IMG/VR virus record: IMGVR_UViG_2713896896_000011
Coordinates: 1-16,007 of that record
Length of the DNA stretch: 16,007 nt
From: a virus
Taxonomy: Duplodnaviria > Heunggongvirae > Uroviricota > Caudoviricetes
Reading direction: 5' to 3' (one strand)
Part shown: in pieces, positions 1-8,220 of the stretch
How the letters are laid out: each line of letters begins with the position of its first letter
Position numbering within the stretch: position 1 is the first letter of the stretch
Program-made: the position numbers and the translations under genes
The notes under the pieces: model-generated
Seen by the model: only the letters and a program-made list of their open reading frames with translations
The model's database searches: none
What the model was told of the DNA's origin: nothing

Positions 1-159
1 ATGCTGTTTCCTTGCATCATTGATGGGGAGTCTAAAAGACAAACTATATTTGAAGTGATTCATAACGCAATGTTTTTATGTTTAAAAATTGATTTTATTT
101 ACAAGGCGATGGGGGATTGCTGAAAAAATACTTTTACCCAGTTTCGCCAGCAGCTGGTC

Positions 160-423
160 GTGCGCTGGGTTGAAGCGGGTGAAGGCGTATCGCCAATGTG
201 CTTTGCGGAGCTGCTGGCGTTACGCACAGAGACTGACGAACTGCTGGAATGTAAACAGCGTGCGGGTGAAGCGGAATATGGTCCGCGTCGTCCTTTGTTG
301 CATGTGTTTATTAGTACGGAACTGGTGCGCGGTGAGCTCCCTCCCATGTTACCGGATAGCAGGGACGGAGATGCCAGTGAGCTGGATGGGGTGTTGTATC
401 AAACGGTAATGCGCCGGGCGTAA
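160..423 (+). CDS. hypothetical small protein; start uncertain (GTG 160 or ATG 196); possibly a 3' gene remnant
   Basis: GC-rich ORF convergent on the tail operon. Its frame is open from 124, directly after an in-frame TGA at 121-123, and has no convincing Shine-Dalgarno. The stop (421-423) lies in the loop of the hairpin at 412-432. No family recognised. Confidence 0.3.
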   Translation: MRWVEAGEGVSPMCFAELLALRTETDELLECKQRAGEAEYGPRRPLLHVFISTELVRGELPPMLPDSRDGDASELDGVLYQTVMRRA

Positions 424-440
424 AGCCCGGCGTTATTTTA
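412..440 (+). terminator. rho-independent terminator between convergent genes
   Basis: 8-bp GC stem cgccgggc (412-419) / gcccggcg (425-432), 5-nt loop, then TTATTTTA (433-440). Strong on the plus strand. The same hairpin follows the stop of the minus-strand gene 438-893, but with a weak U-tract in that direction. Confidence 0.6.
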
Positions 441-893
441 CGGCTGATATTGCCAACTGCTGACTAAAGCATACAAATGGTTTGGGGAATAGCGCCAACT
501 CTCTTTTAACTGCAGAAACTCGGCGCAAAATTCACTGCAAAACAGACGATTGCGCTGTTCTTTATTGCCAGTGATAATTCCTAAGGCTCCGCGCCAGTCG
601 TATTTTTTGCCATTATGTTTATGGAAAAAAGCTTCCACATCCTGAAAGCTAGCCTGGAGCGGTAGCATATCCCACTTATCTGACGGTAGTGGCATTATCT
701 TTCCGCGTACACCGCGATCGCGCAGTGATGCAGAGTAGCAAAGGTAATTTTTTTCACCATGTACCACTGCTAACTCGCAGTGGGAATAACTGCCGCGTGT
801 GATTTTACGGGTAAGCCAGTCAGCTAGTTGCGCAATACCCCGGTGCTCTGTTCGGCCTTTATAGCAAGCGAGCCAGACAGTGGTTTTACTCAT
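438..893 (-). CDS. hypothetical protein, last gene of the tail operon; possible Cys/His hydrolase (permuted papain-like / NlpC-P60-like), unverified
   Basis: 151-aa ORF whose ATG (893-891) overlaps the tail fibre assembly stop (892-890) as ATGA, indicating translational coupling. Normal GC. Contains His-containing SYSHCELAVVHGE and Cys-containing LFCSEFCAEF motifs; the family guess is from motif resemblance only. Confidence 0.55.
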   Translation of the reverse strand: MSKTTVWLACYKGRTEHRGIAQLADWLTRKITRGSYSHCELAVVHGEKNYLCYSASLRDRGVRGKIMPLPSDKWDMLPLQASFQDVEAFFHKHNGKKYDWRGALGIITGNKEQRNRLFCSEFCAEFLQLKESWRYSPNHLYALVSSWQYQP

Positions 894-1504
894 GGTTGCC
901 AGCCTGTGGAGTAGTCGTAGTCGAGCACCGCCTGAATATCGCCCAGAGTTTCCACCGCCGCAATATGGCGCTGGGCGTTGGCAAACAGGCGCATATCGTG
1001 AGCCATGGTGACGGATTCAAACTGGGCGGCGATTTCATTGGTTAACTCAATCAGACCGTTATTTTTAGTTTTCCACATTAAACCTGGCGGAATTTGTTTT
1101 TCGGCTCCCATTTTTGTGAGTGAGAGTTGTTGGATTCGGCTATTTGTATCACTGTGGAAGTGATAGCCGTTGAGGATGATGTAATCGGTTGTGATGTAAT
1201 CTCGTTTGGATTTTATTCTTCTTATTATATCTTCTTTTATTTCTGAAATAAATTTAAGTATTGAATCTGTATCAACTATCCATTCTCCTTTTTTCAGTTT
1301 GTGAAATTTATCTGGTGGTGGCATAGAAATGAAGGATAAATCTTCACAGTTAATCCAAGTTGGAATATTATCTCTTGCATATATCTGCCATTGCTGATCA
1401 GTTATTTCAACTAAATGTTCTACTTTGGGATAGTTGTAACGTTCTGTATCGAACCAGTCCAAAACAACAAATGTTTCAGGATCAAAACATGCATATTTTG
1501 TCAT
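890..1504 (-). CDS. tail fibre assembly protein (Tfa-like chaperone)
   Basis: 204-aa ORF immediately downstream of the tail fibre gene (6-nt gap). Size and position match Mu U / P2 G / lambda Tfa-type proteins. The N-terminal-encoding half (about 1200-1504) is strongly AT-rich, the C-terminal half has host-like GC. Confidence 0.7.
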   Translation of the reverse strand: MTKYACFDPETFVVLDWFDTERYNYPKVEHLVEITDQQWQIYARDNIPTWINCEDLSFISMPPPDKFHKLKKGEWIVDTDSILKFISEIKEDIIRRIKSKRDYITTDYIILNGYHFHSDTNSRIQQLSLTKMGAEKQIPPGLMWKTKNNGLIELTNEIAAQFESVTMAHDMRLFANAQRHIAAVETLGDIQAVLDYDYSTGWQP

Positions 1505-1510
1505 TTTTAA

Positions 1511-3169
1511 TTACCATGATATTTTTACGAAACCAGAGGCACCTTTTGTTCCGCTAGTATTGCCTAAGTTTGTTAATTCATTATTGTCATATTCAAAAGG
1601 AGGCAAATAAGATCCTCCCGCTCCTCCAGAACCATAGCCTATTGCTGGTGTCGGATGTGTCATTATTGCCTTACTTCCACCATTATCCAGATATTCTGTA
1701 ATAACAGTGCCAGCGCTCCCTCCTTTTCCATATATGGAATTTTCACCATTCTTGCCAGGATAAAATTCTGCATATAACCGTATTGCGCCAGGTGCATAAG
1801 TATTTGGATGGTCAATGAATTTTATACAAGGCTGCGTAGTGTTAAAGTGATAAATGTTATATCCCCCATGACCTCCTTTGGCAATCATATTAGAAAATGA
1901 AGAGTCACCACCATCAAAGCTTTTTTGTGTTTTCTCTGTGTTATCCGATGAATACTTTACTTGTGAAACAGGTGGATTATTCCAAAATGGACCTCCATTA
2001 CCTCCAGCCCCAACCTTTACTGAAAAATGCTGGCTTGGTTCCACGTTTAAGTAACCAACGAGCAATTCACCTGTATTGCCACCACATGCTTCATAATATG
2101 ATGATTGTGCTCCTCCGGCACCACCACCACCGCCGCCCATAACTTCCACAAATAATGTAGTTACGCCATCAGGAACTGTAAATGTTCCATTTGTAGTATA
2201 AAAACTAGTGTGAGTATGATTAGCCGGAGCTGCAGCATTAGCCTTATCCATTGCCGCCTTAACCGCACTCGGCGTGGCTGCCTCCGTCGTGCTGTTGCTG
2301 TCCGTCGCATTATTCAGCTTCACAATCCCTTTTTGCGTCAGGGTGCCATCCTGAATACCCGTAATCTGCCCCCAGGGATGCGTATGACTGCCTGCAGCTT
2401 TACCATTTGCCAGGTCATACGCCGCCTTAACCGCGCTCGGTGTCGCTGCCTCCGTCGTGCTGGTGCTATTGGTCGCGTTATTTAGCTTCACAATTCCTTT
2501 TTGAGTCAGCGTACCATCTGGAATATCAGTAATTTGACTCCAGGTATGACGATGGTTTCGTGCCTCAATCATCGCCGCTTTCACCGCTTTTGACGTAGCC
2601 GCTTTAGTTTCGTCATCACTGTCAGTGGCGTTACTCAACTGCGTAAAGCCTTTTTGCATTAACGTAGCATCAGGATGATTAGTCGAACGTGCATGTTTAT
2701 CCAGTTGTGAATCAACATAATCACGTGTTGCCAGTACAATACTGGGATCAACGGTGAGTGTTACCGCAGTCGTGTTGGAAACTTCCATAATGAGACGAAT
2801 GCAAACTTGCTTACCGCTGCCGCCGGGTAATAGCGGTTTATACGATTCTGGGAATTTACCGATAGCAATAAGTTCGCCGTCAGTATCAAAAACGCCGACT
2901 TCACGTACATACCAGCCGCCGATATTTTCGGGCAGTACAAGTTCCGCAATTAACCAGTTAGGATTACTGGGTGCAACTGTTAATGTATTTAACTCACCAC
3001 GCCATACTTCATGACGTAATTTTGCTTGACTCGCCGAGGGTTCGTAATATTGCCCACCGCCGTCTCCAACGGCCATCTTTTGCAGATGTAGTTGTTTTTT
3101 ATCCGCAAGAGCACTGGCAATTTTTGCCATCCCCCTGTCGGTCAGGAGGGTATAAAACTCATTATCCAT
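1511..3169 (-). CDS. tail fibre protein (P2 H / Mu S-like N-terminal domain, fibre repeats, Gly-rich C-terminal domain)
   Basis: 552 aa. N-terminus (MDNEFYTLLTDRGMAKIASA...MAVGDGGG) resembles the tail-collar fibre N-domain. Three tandem ~56-aa repeats (TLTQKGIVKLNNATDSNSTTEAATPSAVKAA) follow, then a C-terminal domain with poly-Gly (GGGGGGAGG) encoded by low-GC DNA. SD GGAG precedes the ATG at 3169. Confidence 0.85.
   Translation of the reverse strand: MDNEFYTLLTDRGMAKIASALADKKQLHLQKMAVGDGGGQYYEPSASQAKLRHEVWRGELNTLTVAPSNPNWLIAELVLPENIGGWYVREVGVFDTDGELIAIGKFPESYKPLLPGGSGKQVCIRLIMEVSNTTAVTLTVDPSIVLATRDYVDSQLDKHARSTNHPDATLMQKGFTQLSNATDSDDETKAATSKAVKAAMIEARNHRHTWSQITDIPDGTLTQKGIVKLNNATNSTSTTEAATPSAVKAAYDLANGKAAGSHTHPWGQITGIQDGTLTQKGIVKLNNATDSNSTTEAATPSAVKAAMDKANAAAPANHTHTSFYTTNGTFTVPDGVTTLFVEVMGGGGGGAGGAQSSYYEACGGNTGELLVGYLNVEPSQHFSVKVGAGGNGGPFWNNPPVSQVKYSSDNTEKTQKSFDGGDSSFSNMIAKGGHGGYNIYHFNTTQPCIKFIDHPNTYAPGAIRLYAEFYPGKNGENSIYGKGGSAGTVITEYLDNGGSKAIMTHPTPAIGYGSGGAGGSYLPPFEYDNNELTNLGNTSGTKGASGFVKISW
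2204..2683 (-). repeat. three tandem ~168-bp coding repeats inside the tail fibre gene (third copy degenerate)
   Basis: gccgccttaaccgcactcgg at 2253-2272 recurs as gccgccttaaccgcgctcgg at 2421-2440, a 168-bp period, matching the repeated protein motif. Confidence 0.8.
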
Positions 3170-3171
3170 AA

Positions 3172-3804
3172 TTACTCCGGGTAAATAGATGTAATTTCAA
3201 GGCTCCATTGCCCTGTTCCGTAAAAGATTGTTGTGTTTTGTTGTACTTCCCGTATCTGGAAAGGTAAAAGCGTCGTCAGTTCACCCCCATAAAGCGCACA
3301 GCTAATAACAGGGATAGCACTTTGGTTAATGATCCAGACGATTAATGCTTCCAGTTTTGAACGTGTGTTTTTATATTCATGAATGAGTTCAACTAACTCA
3401 TTGAAAAGGTTTTCATCCATGCCTTTATCCACCAGTTCTATGTCAACCTTAAAAAAATAAGCTTTCCCGCCATATTCAAACCATTCGGCAATAGTTCCAG
3501 GCAATGAGAGTATTTCCAGTACTCGCCGTACCGCCCAAACTGTTCCTTTATATTTATGTAACTCAATGGCTTGCTTAATTAACTCACGCTTCTCTTGTTC
3601 ATCAGTAGTAAATAACCAACCTTCCAGCCCCTGAACGTGAAATTGTTCTGCAAGGGCAGGTAATGCCGAAGCATCAACCAGGTCGACCAGATAAACCATC
3701 AACGCCGTCAGATCGAGTTGCGCAAAACGTTCGGCGGCGATATTTGCCAGAGTTGAAAAACGCTCATCGCTGGTAAGCGGCGGCGGTAGCAGCAATTTAT
3801 CCAT
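3172..3804 (-). CDS. baseplate protein, P2 gpI / Mu gp48-like (YmfQ / DUF2313-like)
   Basis: Lies between the J-like gene and the tail fibre. The ORF track starts at TTG 3819; the likely true start is ATG 3804-3802 (MDKLLLPP...) preceded by GGAG and overlapping the upstream stop by 8 nt. Family call is from size, position and sequence resemblance. Confidence 0.7.
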   Translation of the reverse strand: MDKLLLPPPLTSDERFSTLANIAAERFAQLDLTALMVYLVDLVDASALPALAEQFHVQGLEGWLFTTDEQEKRELIKQAIELHKYKGTVWAVRRVLEILSLPGTIAEWFEYGGKAYFFKVDIELVDKGMDENLFNELVELIHEYKNTRSKLEALIVWIINQSAIPVISCALYGGELTTLLPFQIREVQQNTTIFYGTGQWSLEITSIYPE

Positions 3805-4912
3805 CGCTGACTCCGGCAATCGTGACGTCTATTACAGTGCATTCCGCCCATTCATGCGCCTGCAAAATACGTTTTGTAGGCATGTTCAGCACAACGTCAT
3901 AGACGCCATCGACTTGTAACACTTTGATTATCTGGTTTGGCACAATGTCCTGCCCCAGATGTTTCTGCCGCTGTTGCGTCCAGAGGCTAATCGCTTTACG
4001 CGCCGCAGTCAGTGTTGTCTCCTGATCGGCGGTGGTAAACAGCGTTAGCTGCGCACGAATTTCATACGGCACCCTGAGAGCACATTTCGCACTTACTTTG
4101 TCAGTCAGCGGACGTTTTTTCTCTTTACTCACTTCTTGTTCAATTTGCGCGAGTAGCTCGGTTCCCGGCAGACCATTCAGGGTTAGCGGGTAGAGCTCGA
4201 CGCAGCCTTCTGGCAACCCTTCATCTGGCCCCAGTACTGCAACGTCAATAATTGACTGGCTAACCGAAAGTGTATGAAAGCGATATGCGCCATAGCTGCC
4301 GGCATTACTGAAGCTTTCTGGCGCCAGTTGTATACGCTGGCGTAGTGCATCATCGTTCTCTTCACCGCAACCGCCGGTTGTGGGAGTCAGATTAGTCACG
4401 TTGATATCGTAATAACCGATCCTGTCAACAAGGGCGCTAATCTGTGCAGGCTGCCAGCCATTGCCCTGTTCACCTGCTGCGAGGCTGGTGGCCGGAACGG
4501 CGATATGCAAACTCCTGGCCGGAAGCAGAACATCTTCATCGGTGGCGAACATCACGCTGTCAGAGGCACTGGCCCGCGTCCCCTGGGGAATCAGGATATT
4601 GCTGGTATACGCACTGACGACCGAAAACTGCAACGTCGTTTTTGCCGGTTGCGCAGGTAAACGGTGAACACCCACCAGCTCCCCTAAATAATCCAACATT
4701 GGTGCGCGGGAATACGCGACCAGGTTTTGTTTCGCCGCTTCCTGAATGGCGATGCGCACAAGGTTTTCACGATAGGCAAACAGGTCGATGAGTAACCGTT
4801 CGGCCTGTGCCGGATAGAGTTTTTTACCGCTGGCATCTTCGTATTGCGCAATCATCTCGCTGGTAATTTGCGCAGGATCGCGGTCAATAAAATCGGGTTC
4901 GGCTATCGCCAT
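3797..4912 (-). CDS. baseplate J-like protein (P2 gpJ / Mu gp47-like)
   Basis: 371 aa. Strong SD GGAGG 4-5 nt before the ATG at 4912. Overlaps the upstream gp25-like gene by 10 nt. Conserved position in the baseplate module. Confidence 0.8.
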   Translation of the reverse strand: MAIAEPDFIDRDPAQITSEMIAQYEDASGKKLYPAQAERLLIDLFAYRENLVRIAIQEAAKQNLVAYSRAPMLDYLGELVGVHRLPAQPAKTTLQFSVVSAYTSNILIPQGTRASASDSVMFATDEDVLLPARSLHIAVPATSLAAGEQGNGWQPAQISALVDRIGYYDINVTNLTPTTGGCGEENDDALRQRIQLAPESFSNAGSYGAYRFHTLSVSQSIIDVAVLGPDEGLPEGCVELYPLTLNGLPGTELLAQIEQEVSKEKKRPLTDKVSAKCALRVPYEIRAQLTLFTTADQETTLTAARKAISLWTQQRQKHLGQDIVPNQIIKVLQVDGVYDVVLNMPTKRILQAHEWAECTVIDVTIAGVSDG

Positions 4913-5262
4913 AACACCTCCGTTGAGTTGATTACGCCGTCAGCGGCGCGCCATTGCACACGTAACGTCAGATGTTCACCGTCGATTATCGGTGCTACCT
5001 TCAGCAACCGACATCGCGGTTCCCACTGGCGGATGGCTTCCACCGACTCCCGTACCACATGCGGGATTGCCCGCTCGATGGGGTAATCGATGTAGTGCCA
5101 CAAGTTGCTGCCAAACAGCGGTCTGTGGGGATCACTGCCGCGCGGCGTGCGCAGAATGATGTGTATTGCCTGGTGAATATCATCCAGTCCGCAGACGTAT
5201 TCTTCAGGCCGCTGCAAGGCGGGTTGCCAGTGCAGCGTTGAGGGGCGTGTTTTTGTGTTCAT
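4903..5262 (-). CDS. baseplate wedge protein, gpW / gp25-like (Mu gp46-like)
   Basis: 119 aa. Contains RPLFGSNLWHYIDYP, resembling the gp25/W signature. Located between the spike and the J-like gene. Confidence 0.75.
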   Translation of the reverse strand: MNTKTRPSTLHWQPALQRPEEYVCGLDDIHQAIHIILRTPRGSDPHRPLFGSNLWHYIDYPIERAIPHVVRESVEAIRQWEPRCRLLKVAPIIDGEHLTLRVQWRAADGVINSTEVLWR

Positions 5263-5325
5263 GTGCTTATTTTCGCCCTGAACGGACAGTGGGGATATTA
5301 AAGCGATTTAGAAAACTGATTGATT

Positions 5326-5355
5326 AAAAAGAGAAAACCCGCCATCAGGCGGGTT
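5326..5355 (-). terminator. intrinsic terminator-like hairpin immediately after the spike gene
   Basis: Stem aacccgcc (5336-5343) / ggcgggtt (5348-5355), loop atca. On the minus-strand RNA it is followed by UUCUCUUUUU (plus 5326-5335). Sits in the 98-bp gap between the spike and gp25-like genes. Confidence 0.55.
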
Positions 5356-5360
5356 AAAAG

Positions 5361-6020
5361 CTAGTGTGAATGGTGATTTGAGTTACCACCGCTATCCTGC
5401 AATGTGCCGCTGGCCTGAACGTTACCAATCACATTGACATTGCCAGTTATCGTGGCGGCGTTACCGATGCCTCCACTTCCTGCCATGCCACCCAGCCAGG
5501 TGAGTTTTTTCATTACCGTGACGTTACCAGTAAAGGTGCTCATGGGCGCATCTACCGTCACTGTCGCCGCTTTAATATCGACGGTATCGGAAGTCACGGT
5601 GACCTGTTGGGCTTTAACCTCAACGTTGGGTGATGTCAGGTTAGTATGGTCAATAACCTCAATCACGATTTTCTCAATACCGCCGTTAATCGTAAGCTGG
5701 TGTGTGCTGCGGTCATATTCAAACGCTGCGCCATCAGAAAACTGGACGTAACGTTTATCTCGCGAGGCCACAGGCGCGGTGTCAACCGTAGAATAAACGG
5801 CCCCAAGTACCACGCCATCTTCGCCGTTGTCGTCCAGCAGAACTTCCACCTGCTCACCCATATCCGGTAGCCAGTAGTCTTTATTGTCCTGGGAATTACG
5901 TTGAAGTACCGCAAGCCAGTTACTCTTCAGATTGTCGCACTCTGGCAGTGTGACTCGCACCCGAACGCTGGTTTCGTCAATATCGCTGATAATCCCCGTT
6001 TGCCGGGTTACTCCCTTCAT
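5361..6020 (-). CDS. baseplate central spike / assembly protein V-like (Mu gp45-like)
   Basis: 219 aa. N-terminus GIISDIDETSVRVRVTLPECDNLKSNWL resembles gpV. C-terminal repetitive beta-helix-like region (GNVTV...GNVNVIGNVQASG) ends in the His-rich tip NSNHHSH. SD GGAGG 4 nt upstream of the ATG. Confidence 0.8.
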   Translation of the reverse strand: MKGVTRQTGIISDIDETSVRVRVTLPECDNLKSNWLAVLQRNSQDNKDYWLPDMGEQVEVLLDDNGEDGVVLGAVYSTVDTAPVASRDKRYVQFSDGAAFEYDRSTHQLTINGGIEKIVIEVIDHTNLTSPNVEVKAQQVTVTSDTVDIKAATVTVDAPMSTFTGNVTVMKKLTWLGGMAGSGGIGNAATITGNVNVIGNVQASGTLQDSGGNSNHHSH

Positions 6021-6029
6021 AGTGCCTCC

Positions 6030-7070
6030 TTACTGGCTGGTTGCTGGCCCGCGCGAAACGTCGATTTCAGTGGTATAGCCGCTGCGCACAAAACTGTGAG
6101 TAGATTTATCAATCAGCCATTGTCCAGAAAGAATACCAAAATCAATGAGTTCGATTTTATTGCCTGCTGTCAGTTCCGGGCAGCCCATCATCCTGAGTGT
6201 TCCGGTTTGCTGATATTCGTTGTGGCTGTCGAGTGCAGCGTTGGCCTTTGCCTGTGCCGCGCCAACATCCGTCGCCCGGCTGTTGAGTTTCAACGTGTCG
6301 GCACTGGTGCCGACTCCACGGGCTGACGGTTTTTGCTGGCTGTCGTGAGTGTAGATAACCAGTTCTTTTTTCTTACTATTTTGATGCTGTACGGTGGCGT
6401 TCTTGTAGATGCGATTAATGGTGTCTTTGAAGGTAAAGTGCGAAACCTCTTTGCGGTCGATGGTTTTCACTGGCGCCAGGCAGCGTAGTGTCGGCAGATG
6501 TGAAAAAATCAGCTCTTTTGTCGTCACTTTCACGGCATAGCCATATTCGCTGGCCAGACGCTTGAGAAATCCAACATCGGTTTCGCCGTACTGTGTCACC
6601 CGGTCAATCGCCAGCGGCTCGATTTTGCCCACCAGCTTCAGACCGTGAGTTTGCGCGATACGACTGGCGATGGCCGAAAGCGTCGTTTCTTCAAAGCCCT
6701 GACTGTTACGGGTACGCAGCGCCTGATTGACGGAAGTGGCAATGCCATCAATATTTACCGTGGAAGGTGGTGCTGAAATATCAATTTTATCAATAATATA
6801 CTGACCGCAATTGAGGAGCGTCTCCCCCTGATAACCCATATGCAGCGCCAGCGTATCGCCTTTGCCGGGATACCACTCTTTTATCCAACGTCCATCGGTG
6901 TCATCCAGTGTAATGGCGATGGTATCTGACTCGTTTTTGATGCTGTCGTGGTAACTGATGCTGGTGACATAGGGCGTGATGTCATAAGTGATATCTTTAT
7001 GCCCATACCAAAGGGTAAAAATGGGCGCGAGTGTGGCAAAGACGCCACCAGATACGCTTATCTCAGCCAT
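6030..7070 (-). CDS. baseplate hub / tail protein, P2 gpD / Mu P (gp44)-like
   Basis: 346 aa, placed between tail protein X and the spike as in Mu and P2 tail modules. Assignment by size, order and N-terminal resemblance. Confidence 0.7.
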   Translation of the reverse strand: MAEISVSGGVFATLAPIFTLWYGHKDITYDITPYVTSISYHDSIKNESDTIAITLDDTDGRWIKEWYPGKGDTLALHMGYQGETLLNCGQYIIDKIDISAPPSTVNIDGIATSVNQALRTRNSQGFEETTLSAIASRIAQTHGLKLVGKIEPLAIDRVTQYGETDVGFLKRLASEYGYAVKVTTKELIFSHLPTLRCLAPVKTIDRKEVSHFTFKDTINRIYKNATVQHQNSKKKELVIYTHDSQQKPSARGVGTSADTLKLNSRATDVGAAQAKANAALDSHNEYQQTGTLRMMGCPELTAGNKIELIDFGILSGQWLIDKSTHSFVRSGYTTEIDVSRGPATSQ

Positions 7071-7270
7071 GGTGGTATCTCCGATAAGGTTTTGTTGACG
7101 GAAATGACCGGAATAATGAGTTGAATACCGGAAGGCAGTACCGGGTAAATGGCGACATGTGGATTGGCGGCGATGATGCGTTCATAAGCCAGCGCATCGC
7201 CGTAGTAATACCATGCCAGATTATCCCAGCGTTCGCCGTCGGTGGTGATATGTTCAAGGTATCGCATCAC
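7058..7270 (-). CDS. tail protein X-like (LysM-like small tail protein)
   Basis: 70 aa. WYYYGDALAYERIIAANPHV...IQLIIP matches the LysM-like pattern of P2 gpX-type proteins. Start overlaps the upstream stop as ATGA. Confidence 0.7.
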   Translation of the reverse strand: MMRYLEHITTDGERWDNLAWYYYGDALAYERIIAANPHVAIYPVLPSGIQLIIPVISVNKTLSEIPPWLR

Positions 7271-8220
7271 CAGCTCCTCGTAATGGTCGCGGCAGCAAGC
7301 TGGCTCACTGCGGGAGTGGTTTGTTGTACCGTTGTTCGTGCCTGCTCAACCAACGTTGCGGCTTTATCGAACGTCGCTTCGGCGATGTCGTTGGTAATGT
7401 CGTCGAAAAGCGCCTGAGCATGGTCAACCAGCGTGCTGGCGTCTTTGGCGCAGTCCCGGATACCTGGCATGTTACCCAGTAAAGCGTTAATCTGCGCCGA
7501 TAACGCTTTTGGGAGTCCTGCCAGCGTTTGCAGATCCATGGGCTGTTTAAACAGGGTTTCGATGGCGTCGATAGTCTTTTTCAACGACGTAATTATCTTT
7601 TCACACTTTTCTTTTAACGCTTTGGCCTCTTTAACCAGTGCTTTCACTTTTGCCACCGTTTTTTTAATATCTTCAATGGCTTGAGTCAGCTCATCGAGCA
7701 TCTCTTTGGCCTTACGCATACCTTCTTCAATGGCGTTCAATATCTGATCAAACCAGGACTCCACCATGTCTGGAAAATCGCTCGCCTTTTCGTCAATATT
7801 CGGGTCTTGGGTAGTAATTGCCGGGGGCAAGAGTGGATTTTTAGGATCGCCGGTGTACTCCTGGAGCGACATTGTTCCGCTTTGAGCAATCACATTGCCC
7901 CAGGGATCGGTGTGCTGGTGGGTGGCGGTTAGCTCCGTAATCACAAACCAGCCGCGATAATCGCCATTGCCAAACACCAGAGCCATCGCTTTGTGGGCAA
8001 GCATGGCTTCACGCAGTCGATTCAGCTCTGTTGTGGGTTGGCAAAACTGGCTGTGCAAGGAAAATTCCAGTGCCAGCATATCCAGCTTATCGCCAATAAA
8101 CTGCACGCCGGGTTTGCCTTCTATACGGGCATGTGTGGCGTAGTCCACGCCCATTGTGCTTTTAAAGCCGTCCCAGAATGTGACAACCTTAAATTCAATC
8201 TCTCCTAAAACGGCATACAT
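7267..8220 (-). CDS. DNA circulation-like tail protein (Mu N / gp43-like, short form)
   Basis: 317 aa, immediately downstream of the tape measure; start overlaps the tape measure stop as TGATG. Central Lys/Glu-rich coiled-coil segment. Assignment mainly by synteny. Confidence 0.6.
   Translation of the reverse strand: MYAVLGEIEFKVVTFWDGFKSTMGVDYATHARIEGKPGVQFIGDKLDMLALEFSLHSQFCQPTTELNRLREAMLAHKAMALVFGNGDYRGWFVITELTATHQHTDPWGNVIAQSGTMSLQEYTGDPKNPLLPPAITTQDPNIDEKASDFPDMVESWFDQILNAIEEGMRKAKEMLDELTQAIEDIKKTVAKVKALVKEAKALKEKCEKIITSLKKTIDAIETLFKQPMDLQTLAGLPKALSAQINALLGNMPGIRDCAKDASTLVDHAQALFDDITNDIAEATFDKAATLVEQARTTVQQTTPAVSQLAAATITRSW

Noticed and set aside
89-409. Alternative overlapping ORFs at the left edge (89-409 plus strand, 99-347 minus strand).
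   Set aside because: They overlap the 124-423 frame and none has a ribosome-binding site. Only the frame ending in the terminator loop was kept, itself at low confidence.
438-3169. Invertible tail-fibre segment (Mu G, P1 C or e14 P-type) with a Gin/Pin invertase.
   Set aside because: No serine-recombinase ORF, no second inverted fibre C-terminus and chaperone copy, and no flanking inverted repeats found; the gene after tfa is not an invertase.
1897-3171. Plus-strand ORFs overlapping the tail fibre gene (1897-2142, 2210-2485, 2754-3014, 2971-3171) and minus ORF 2761-2949.
   Set aside because: Antisense or out-of-frame within the tail fibre coding region, with no independent support.
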